NCBI GenBank assembly: GCA_028279745.1
Contig: JANQNC010000001.1
Coordinates: 420,001-452,000, forward strand
Reading direction: 5' to 3'
From: Candidatus Nanoarchaeia archaeon
Lineage (GTDB): Archaea; Nanobdellota; Nanobdellia; Woesearchaeales; JANQNC01
Length of the DNA: 32,000 nucleotides
Below the pieces are notes generated by a model that worked only from the letters and a program-made list of their open reading frames with translations, made no database searches and was not told where the DNA came from. The number at the start of each line of letters is the position of its first letter. The first letter of the stretch is position 1. Shown here one piece after another: positions 16,536 through 22,901 of this stretch. The translations under genes were made by a program, and so were the position numbers.

Positions 16536-17207
16536 ATGACTATGGGGTGGATATTTGGCAGTGAAAAGATAGACTCACTTAAGGAGTCATTGAATAAAAA
16601 TATTTCTAAATTCACAGAATGGATCAGTTATTTTCAGCAAAAAAACAAAGAACAAGATAATAGATTGGCTGAAATAGAAAGAAAGTTATCAGAAAGACAA
16701 GATCCGGATCAGATCCAGTATGTATTTTCACGAATAAATGATCTAGAAGGTTCAAGATTTGGCGGTGAGGAAAGGTCTAGGCTGAATTATGTCTACCAAA
16801 AGATACATGAGCTTGAACAGAAAGGAGACTCAAGGGAGCATATAAGTGTTTTGAGCAATAACCAGATGCATATACTGAATAAGATAAGGGAGTTGGAGGC
16901 TAAGCTAGAAAACAGCGAGAGAAGACCTGTTCAGCAGAATGTTTCAGTGAGAAGTGCGCATGAAAAGATAGTCAAAAAAGTAGTCCAAAAATCCAAAGAT
17001 TATATCAAAAATTCAGTGTTAAATTTAATCAAAAAATACGAGAACATAACAGGCTCACAATTAAAGGAAATAATAGTGGAAGAACAAGGGCTATGTTCAA
17101 AGTCATCTTTCTACAGAATTCTTGATGAGATAGAACAAGAAGAAAAGATAAAATCAGAAAGAAATGGAAGAGAAAAAGTGTACAAATTAGTGCATGTTTT
17201 GAAGTGA
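16536..17207 (+). CDS. coiled-coil plus winged-helix DNA-binding protein (orphan)
   Basis: 223 aa. Long N-terminal coiled coil and a C-terminal MarR/ArsR-like wHTH (VLNLIKKYENITGSQLKEIIVEEQGLCSKSSFYRILDEIEQEEKIKSERNGREKVYKL). TTTATATA at 16512-16519 suggests a leaderless start at the second ATG (16542). Confidence 0.65.
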   Translation: MTMGWIFGSEKIDSLKESLNKNISKFTEWISYFQQKNKEQDNRLAEIERKLSERQDPDQIQYVFSRINDLEGSRFGGEERSRLNYVYQKIHELEQKGDSREHISVLSNNQMHILNKIRELEAKLENSERRPVQQNVSVRSAHEKIVKKVVQKSKDYIKNSVLNLIKKYENITGSQLKEIIVEEQGLCSKSSFYRILDEIEQEEKIKSERNGREKVYKLVHVLK

Positions 17208-17255
17208 TTCTTTAGTTTTTTAGTGAAGTTTTTTTACAATTAATTGTTAATTTAG

Positions 17256-17285
17256 GCAAAATTTTATTCTAAAATTTTGCTTTTT
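17256..17285 (+). terminator. hairpin (11-bp stem, 3-nt loop) followed by T5
   Basis: GCAAAATTTTA-TTC-TAAAATTTTGC (17256-17280) followed by TTTTT (17281-17285). T6/T7 runs and the 12-bp palindrome ACAATTAATTGT (17236-17247) precede it. It lies downstream of the 16536-17207 gene. Confidence 0.45.
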
Positions 17286-17299
17286 GATGGATGGTTGTT

Positions 17300-17570
17300 T
17301 TTCTATTGGGAAAGTCCCAAAAATGCGTTTTATCGACGGTGGGACTGTTTGGGACAATCCCTGGGACAATGGTTAATATAGGCCGCAAATATACCGATAG
17401 TCTTGGGACAGTCCCAGTTTAGTCTTGGGACAGTCCCAGAAAAATAAGGCGTTAGTATATCAGCAAGCGTAAAACAAAAGAATAACAGATTTAATTGTCC
17501 CAGAATAGTCTTGGGACAGTCCTGGGACAGTCCCAGAATAGGTGTTTGAGACAATTGAAATGGGACTACT
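17300..17570. repeat. cluster of GGGAC/GTCCC half-sites including three perfect 13-bp dyads TGGGAC-A-GTCCCA
   Basis: Perfect dyads at 17404-17416, 17426-17438 and 17523-17535; near-perfect at 17512-17523; variant TGGGAAAGTCCCA at 17307-17319. The 20-mer TAGTCTTGGGACAGTCCCAG occurs in tandem (17398-17417 and 17420-17439), with a 17-nt copy at 17506-17522. Extra half-sites at 17341, 17351, 17363, 17497 and 17562. Confidence 0.9.
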
Positions 17571-17588
17571 GGCGTAAAAAACACGGTG

Positions 17589-17990
17589 AAAACCGGGTTA
17601 AAATTTAGCCAAAAATCGATGAAAAAAATAGGCCTAAAAATGGCAAAAAAAGTAGGGGTTTTGATGGCATAAAATCTGGCAAAAAAATTAACCAAAAAAT
17701 AGTCTAAAAATATGCCCTTTATAAAGGAAAATGGGCAAAAATGAGCAAAAAAGGAGGCTAAAATGGCCTTCTTTTAGCAAAAGTGAGAGTTAATTTTGGG
17801 CAAAAACACACAAAAATCAAAGATTTTTGGTCCACTTGGCGTGGATGGCCAAAATTTGGCAAAAAGTGAGGGTTATTTTAGGGAATGATTTGGGGCAGAT
17901 GCGAAAAATGGCCAAAATTGGACAAAATACAACAAAAAGTGAGAGTAGAAATAGGCATAAATTTGGAAAAAATCTAAAATATCGAAAAAT
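17589..17990. repeat. helically phased A-tracts (intrinsically curved DNA candidate)
   Basis: A4-A7 tracts start at 17589, 17600, 17611, 17622, 17636, 17645, 17671, 17681, 17694, 17706, 17728, 17737, 17747 and 17760. That is 171 bp over about 16 helical steps, or about 10.7 bp per step. Phasing continues at 17904/17914/17924/17934 and 17967/17976/17985. Many tracts are preceded by GGC or GCC. Confidence 0.75.
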
Positions 17991-18216
17991 ATTAGATTTA
18001 ATGAAATCAGCATATATTGGAAAAACGAAAAGTGAGAGTTGTGTAAAAGGTTTAATCAAACCCCCAAATTGAAAATTGAGAGCAAATATATGAAAAATAA
18101 GAGAAAGTCCAAAAATGAGGGGGTTATGGCAGTTTAAAGGTAAATAGTGAGACTAGACCAGTTAATAGATGTAGTTGGAGAGCCAAATAGGTGCCAAAAA
18201 TACGAAAAGTGAGAAT
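17779..18216 (+). repeat. seven same-orientation copies of a 12-nt motif AAAAGTGAGAGT (iteron-like)
   Basis: 17779-17790, 17935-17946 and 18028-18039 are exact. 17862-17873 (..GGGT) and 18205-18216 (..GAAT) each differ by one base. Degenerate copies at 18072-18083 (AAAATTGAGAGC) and 18142-18153 (AAATAGTGAGAC). Spacing varies from 42 to 93 bp. Confidence 0.85.
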
Positions 18217-18222
18217 TAAGCC

Positions 18223-19146
18223 CTATTTCATAGGCTCAGAACCAACCACAAAGAACTGTTTACCGTCAAAAACCCAGCTTACCTTCTGTTTACCGTCGAG
18301 AACCTTCTCGACACGTTTAGAAATTCTTGCAACTTCATCAGTAAAACGCTCTTCCATCACCTGCAGTTTCATTTTATCGTCGGAAAGAGTCTTGTTAATT
18401 GTTTTTCCTGTTTCTTTATCTCTTGTGAACATCAAAGTCTTTTCGCCGATATTGGATTGTTTTAATTCGTTTGAGTCTTTATCAACAATATAAACGTCTG
18501 GAGAATTTTTTTCTAAGCCTTCTAATGATCCGAAAACAGCTTCAATTACCACTTCATCAGCGTCGGAAGAAGGGTTTTTTGTGTAAGCAATGCCAGAGAA
18601 TTCAGCATCAACACTTTGCTGAACAACTATCGGTAATGAGATATTTTTCCAATCATAGTTATTCTTCTTCAAGTATAGAATATTTTTTGCTGTGAATATA
18701 GAAGAGTAACAAGCCTTGACATGTTTGATTAATTCTTCAGCACCTTTAACATCTGTAAAGAATTCTTGGAGTAATGCAGTTAGTGCTTCGTCTTCTACAG
18801 CAGGACTGATCTTTACAGAGACCAAAGGAGAATCTTTTTCTGAAAGGTTATCAGCAGATAAAGTGTCGTAAGCATCTTCTATCTCGTCGTTGCTGAAGTT
18901 TTTCTCCATGATCAATAGTTGAATCTTTCTAGCTGCAAATTTGATCTCATCAGGGTTTTCTGTGTCTACACCTTCCATTATACTATCAATACCCAGATTA
19001 TGAACGAATGAGAAATATGTCTTTGAAGGAATAACAAAACCAATAGGCACATTAAGTGCTGTCTTGAAAATCTTGCTAAGAGTTAGAGCGTTGGTTCCAA
19101 CTTCACTTTTGTCTGTGTCTTTAATGTTATTTAGCCAGTATATCAT
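18223..19146 (-). CDS. stand-alone PPDK_N-like (PEP/pyruvate-utilising enzyme ATP-grasp) domain protein, motifs divergent
   Basis: 307 aa from ATG 19146. VGTNALTLSKIFKTALNVPIGFVIPSKTY and PIVVQQSVDAEFSGIAYTKNP...EAVFGSLEGL align to the VGGKxxNL...VPxGF and VVQxMVxxxxSGVxFTxxP...GLGExxV motifs of the PEP synthase/PPDK N-terminal domain. No swivel-His or PEP-binding domain follows. Confidence 0.65.
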   Translation of the reverse strand: MIYWLNNIKDTDKSEVGTNALTLSKIFKTALNVPIGFVIPSKTYFSFVHNLGIDSIMEGVDTENPDEIKFAARKIQLLIMEKNFSNDEIEDAYDTLSADNLSEKDSPLVSVKISPAVEDEALTALLQEFFTDVKGAEELIKHVKACYSSIFTAKNILYLKKNNYDWKNISLPIVVQQSVDAEFSGIAYTKNPSSDADEVVIEAVFGSLEGLEKNSPDVYIVDKDSNELKQSNIGEKTLMFTRDKETGKTINKTLSDDKMKLQVMEERFTDEVARISKRVEKVLDGKQKVSWVFDGKQFFVVGSEPMK

Positions 19147-19147
19147 C

Positions 19148-19663
19148 TTAAGCACCGAATATTAAAGAAAATATCCCTCTACCAGTTAATGTAATTATCG
19201 TTACTAAGATTCCCGCAATAGTAACACCTATCGTATTTGCTATTACGAACTTCTTGAAATCTAAACCTATCAAATGAGATCCTAAAGCTCCAGAGTAAGA
19301 ACCTGAGCCCGGAAGCGGGACGCTGATGAATAAAGCCACACCCAGAAGTCCGAATCTGTCAACAAACTTAGTAATCTTCTTTTGAGTTCTCCTGACAAAG
19401 AATTGGTAGATGTTATCAATGAATTTTATCTTTGTGACTACACCTACAAATTTGTTTAAGAGTATGAATATAACTGGGCCAAGAATTGCATTAGCAATTA
19501 CACATGTGAAGAAAACTAACATCCAATGCATGCCAAAGCCAGAAGCCTCAATTCCAAATGGAAGGTTAACACTTCCTGCCAGAATCCCCAAAGGAATACT
19601 AAACCTTAGCTCAACAAAAGGAATGCAAGTGACTAACGCAAGAATGATTATTTCTTTAAGCAT
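19148..19663 (-). CDS. small membrane protein, COG2426/small multidrug export-like (PF06695-like)
   Basis: 171 aa with 4-5 TM segments. The N-terminal IPFVELRFSIPLGILAG motif resembles the P-x-x-E-L-R-x-x-I-P signature. Its stop lies 1 nt before the downstream ATG. Confidence 0.6.
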   Translation of the reverse strand: MLKEIIILALVTCIPFVELRFSIPLGILAGSVNLPFGIEASGFGMHWMLVFFTCVIANAILGPVIFILLNKFVGVVTKIKFIDNIYQFFVRRTQKKITKFVDRFGLLGVALFISVPLPGSGSYSGALGSHLIGLDFKKFVIANTIGVTIAGILVTIITLTGRGIFSLIFGA

Positions 19664-20853
19664 TTTGCACCCCTAACTCTCAATCTAACTTCTTCATGGG
19701 CTAAAACATCCTCAAAGAACTGTTTTGCTTTAATGAACTTTCTATCTATGTAAACTACTAGCCTATCCTCTTCAACATTGATCTTCTCATACTTTGAAAG
19801 GAATTTATGCATATTACTGCCTTGAACCCAAGCTAAAGGACCATAATGTTTTCTCTTTTTTGGGAGTACATCTTCATATAGTTCAAAGTATAAGAAGTTG
19901 AAACTCCAACCTGATGAAAAGATTCTAAAATCATTCAGCCTTAACTGCTTCTTAATATAGTTAAAAGCTTTCAATAATTTACTGCCTGAAATATCAGTTT
20001 TACCCTCGAGAGGAAGCACCTCAACAATGTATAGTTTAGTGCCTCTGTTTTTGGAGTTTTTGGATAGCTCTTTTACAGTAGTTTCATGGTGCCTAAAAAA
20101 TTTAGTATCCGGGTTCAAAACGTATCTATTTGCAGCCAAAATTATATTAGAAAATGATTCTGTTGATACAGAAGCAGATGCGTTTCTATCAGGCTGAACA
20201 GGGTCTATAACAATCAAAGGAGACTGTCTTTTAGCGCTGCTTAGTGTCTTATTAGCATGGTTTAAGTCTTTATAGTGTTGTTCTGGGTCTACGAAAACCT
20301 TAGGTTTCCATAAAGAAATTGCTTTGATTAGGTTATCAAAACCACCATAGTTTATGGTTAAAAGCTCTAGTATATATCCCGAGAAACCCATAACATGACT
20401 TTCTGCTCCGTAAACACCCGCTGATTTGAAGAATAACTTAGCAAGTCTTATGTCGTCATGCATATTCTTTATGTGTTTGTTTACCCAATTTACATGTAAT
20501 GGTGAAACATCTGTTATGTTAACCGCATCTTCTGCTTTCTCTATCTTTAGAACCGGGACAATTTCAAACTGGCCAATATGGAAATAATCTCTTGAGCCGT
20601 GGACTAGTTCAGGTTTGAATTTGCTCAATGTCTTTTCTAATAGTTTTGATAAGTTCTTGTCTTTGTACTTTTGGTCAAAAATAACGAAGATGTCAATATC
20701 TGGGTCATTAAGATAGTCACCTTTAGCATAAGAACCTCCAGCCATGACTTCAGCATCAATTTCAAATCTTTTGAGTTCTGTTTCTAACTGTTTAATGAAC
20801 TTCTCCACGCCTTCTGGTTCGGCTATTTCTTCGTAAACGTCTTTAAGTTTCAT
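19648..20853 (-). CDS. cca: class I (archaeal) CCA-adding tRNA nucleotidyltransferase
   Basis: GGSYAKGDYLNDPDIDIFVIF pol-beta motif near the N-terminus. The 401-aa length and overall sequence are typical of archaeal CCA enzymes. The 3' end overlaps the next gene by 16 nt. Confidence 0.8.
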   Translation of the reverse strand: MKLKDVYEEIAEPEGVEKFIKQLETELKRFEIDAEVMAGGSYAKGDYLNDPDIDIFVIFDQKYKDKNLSKLLEKTLSKFKPELVHGSRDYFHIGQFEIVPVLKIEKAEDAVNITDVSPLHVNWVNKHIKNMHDDIRLAKLFFKSAGVYGAESHVMGFSGYILELLTINYGGFDNLIKAISLWKPKVFVDPEQHYKDLNHANKTLSSAKRQSPLIVIDPVQPDRNASASVSTESFSNIILAANRYVLNPDTKFFRHHETTVKELSKNSKNRGTKLYIVEVLPLEGKTDISGSKLLKAFNYIKKQLRLNDFRIFSSGWSFNFLYFELYEDVLPKKRKHYGPLAWVQGSNMHKFLSKYEKINVEEDRLVVYIDRKFIKAKQFFEDVLAHEEVRLRVRGAKCLKK

Positions 20854-21029
20854 AATCTGAGAATTGTGGTAGTATGTTTAAAAAGGTTTCTTTATTGTTG
20901 GTGAAGGCAGGATAAGTTGTGTGTGAGTGAAATGCAGTAAATTAAGAAAAACAATTATTAACCATTATATGCAACTCTTCTTATCGTTGCTTTAAAGAAA
21001 AATGAAAAGAAAAAAAGAAAGAAGAAAAA

Positions 21030-21527
21030 CTATTTCTTCTTAGTTAAGAAAATTCCTACAACTGCAACAACTGCAACTAAGATAACCACCGCAGATACAC
21101 CAGATGTTTCTGGAACCGCAGAAGGTTCTTCCTGTGGGCCTGCGAAGAACTCGTGATTCAAGTCATAAACAGTAACAGTTGCACAAGGAGAACCGCCGCA
21201 CAAACAGTCTGATGCCTGCACTTCGCCACCATTCATCGCGAAACTAGGACAGTCTTCATTACTCCCTAAATCGTCTGCGCAAGGCCCGTTAGTGGAATAC
21301 CCTGGGATATCCTCGTCACATGCACCAGCATTAGGATCCTGCACGTTAAATTGCCAAGTGTTATCATGACAAAATGGCGCGTCCAAAGTCCATCCAGTTG
21401 AAGCAAATGCAGTAAAAATACCTGCACAGTTTGCATCAGTACAGTCTGCAACAGTTGTATCACATACTGCACTTGCAATTCCAACAGCAAACAATGCCAT
21501 CAGACAAAATATTAATACTTTTTTCAT
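21030..21527 (-). CDS. secreted cysteine-rich protein with an LPXTG-like C-terminal sorting or anchor signal
   Basis: Signal peptide MKKVLIFCLMALFAVGIASA and 10 Cys in an ectodomain of about 110 aa. The C-terminus is VPETSG, then a hydrophobic segment of about 20 aa (VSAVVILVAVVAVVGIFL), then TKKK. The gene is visibly more GC-rich than its neighbours. Confidence 0.7.
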   Translation of the reverse strand: MKKVLIFCLMALFAVGIASAVCDTTVADCTDANCAGIFTAFASTGWTLDAPFCHDNTWQFNVQDPNAGACDEDIPGYSTNGPCADDLGSNEDCPSFAMNGGEVQASDCLCGGSPCATVTVYDLNHEFFAGPQEEPSAVPETSGVSAVVILVAVVAVVGIFLTKKK

Positions 21528-21549
21528 TTTATATCACCTCGAAGAGGCC

Positions 21550-21565
21550 CGGAAATTTATTTCCG
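21550..21565. promoter_or_regulatory. palindrome CGGAAAT-TT-ATTTCCG between divergent genes
   Basis: 7-bp arms at 21550-21556 and 21559-21565, 23-38 nt upstream of the minus-strand ATG at 21527. A related palindrome lies at 24228-24246. Confidence 0.3.
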
Positions 21566-21710
21566 ATGTCCTCCAATATTTTTAACACATAAAAATGTGA
21601 TAAGTGTAATTCTGGAAATTTCAGTATTTAAACTTTACTAAAAAAAAACATCCGATAACATCAAAAGATTAATAAACAAAACAAACTAAAAATAAAGAAA
21701 AGAGGTAACT

Positions 21711-22901
21711 ATGGCTGACATACTAACAATACTAACAATAATAGGAGTTCTATTACTGATCGGGATATTAATATCAATAGTGTCTGCAAAGATAAAAGTG
21801 CCAAGCATATTATTACTACTTCTTGTTGGAGTGTTTGCAGGTAACATATTATACAAAGGACAACCAATAATTGATCTGCCACCATTATTCCTAACAGGGA
21901 TAGGAATACTAGCCTTAATCATGATAGTATTTGATTCATGTGCTAAGCTAAACATAAAAGAGATGGAAAAGTATTCAGTGCCAGCACTGAAATTAGCAAT
22001 GACCTTCTTAGTACTTAATGCGATCTTCCTATCAATAGCAACATTCTTTATCTATGGCACAACAGTACAGTTCGCAATATTGTTTGCTGTGCTAATGTCT
22101 GGGACAGCACCAGATGTAGTATTGAGCATGTTAAGCACAACAAAAAACAAAGTTGTAGAAATACTAGAGATGGAAGCAATCATAAATACTCCTCTCACAG
22201 TTCTGTTGCCATTCATGATACTAGAATTTGGAGAGATAGTTAATGTAAAATTCTTATTCACCAAGACAGTAGAGCAGATCACACCCTTCCTAACCCAGAT
22301 AATTGTAGGGATAGGGGCAGGAATGCTAATAGGCATAGTATTATTTGAGGTAATGAAAAACAAATACTCAGAAAAATTAAGTCCACTAGCAATAATAACC
22401 GCAGCACTAGTAACTTATGTACTTGCTGAGAACTTATCAGGAAATGGGGTTGTAGCAGTAACAACACTAGGATTCTTCTTTGGAACACTACAAGTAAAAA
22501 GAAAAATTTCCTTACTTGGATTTGAATCAGTATTTTCAAACTCACTAAGAATACTAGTATTCATTTTACTAGGAACAATAATACAGATACCTTTAACATT
22601 TGATTTCTTCATAAAGTCTCTTTCAATATTCTTAATATTCTTAGTAATCAGATTTATCACAATAATGATAACATTTGGAGAATATGAACTAAAAGAAAGA
22701 ATCTTCATGACATTAAGCGTATCAAAAGGGATAGCTGTAGCAGTTGTTACATTCTTCCTGATAACATACAACCTAGAAGGGATGAGGGAGATACTGAATT
22801 TAGCATTAATGTTTATTCTATACAGCATACTGGTTTCTTCAATAACAGCATGGTTCTCGAAACATTTAATAAAAGAAAATATCAAACCTGAAAAAATATG
22901 A
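21711..22901 (+). CDS. cation:proton antiporter (Na+/H+ exchanger family, CPA1/NhaP-like)
   Basis: 396 aa, about 11-12 TM segments, no soluble domain. SGTAPDVV resembles the (S/A)TDP(V/A) motif of NhaP-type exchangers (from memory). GAGGTAA lies 5 nt upstream of the ATG. Confidence 0.7.
   Translation: MADILTILTIIGVLLLIGILISIVSAKIKVPSILLLLLVGVFAGNILYKGQPIIDLPPLFLTGIGILALIMIVFDSCAKLNIKEMEKYSVPALKLAMTFLVLNAIFLSIATFFIYGTTVQFAILFAVLMSGTAPDVVLSMLSTTKNKVVEILEMEAIINTPLTVLLPFMILEFGEIVNVKFLFTKTVEQITPFLTQIIVGIGAGMLIGIVLFEVMKNKYSEKLSPLAIITAALVTYVLAENLSGNGVVAVTTLGFFFGTLQVKRKISLLGFESVFSNSLRILVFILLGTIIQIPLTFDFFIKSLSIFLIFLVIRFITIMITFGEYELKERIFMTLSVSKGIAVAVVTFFLITYNLEGMREILNLALMFILYSILVSSITAWFSKHLIKENIKPEKI

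Noticed and set aside
17307-17319. GGGAAAGTCCC matches the eukaryotic NF-kappaB consensus
   Set aside because: It is a coincidental resemblance and is irrelevant in an archaeon. It is simply a variant of the local GGGAC-N-GTCCC dyad.
17330-17695. 121-aa minus-strand ORF inside the dyad/A-tract region
   Set aside because: Its odd composition (F-rich, with DCPKTI repeated) is just the translation of the GGGAC/GTCCC repeats and T-runs. There is no TATA or SD in the right place, and it spans two different repeat modules, so I treat it as non-coding.
17817-18072. 80-81-aa ORFs on both strands across the AAAAGTGAGAGT repeats
   Set aside because: The K-rich and F-rich products come from A/T runs. 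The 12-mer copies fall in different frames (the 17862 and 17935 copies are 73 nt apart), so they do not encode a repeat protein. Mirror-image ORFs on both strands are typical of low-complexity DNA.
17779-18216. Degenerate CRISPR array
   Set aside because: The conserved unit is only about 12 nt. Spacing is irregular (42-93 bp), the flanks are A-tract rich rather than unique spacers, and there are no cas genes in the window.
18191-18493. 100-aa plus-strand ORF overlapping the 3' end of the PPDK_N-like gene
   Set aside because: It is antisense to a well-supported longer CDS with recognisable domain motifs, and it has no start context.
20854-21029. Possible tRNA or small RNA in this and other intergenic gaps (15800-15860, 23672-23838, 29471-23, 25633-25689)
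   Set aside because: I found no acceptor-stem/T-loop (GTTCRANNC) pattern or other cloverleaf-compatible pairing by eye. A tRNAscan/Infernal run would be needed for certainty.
21686-22885. Minus-strand ORFs (89-156 aa) within the antiporter gene
   Set aside because: They are antisense to a full-length 12-TM transporter CDS and have no independent support.
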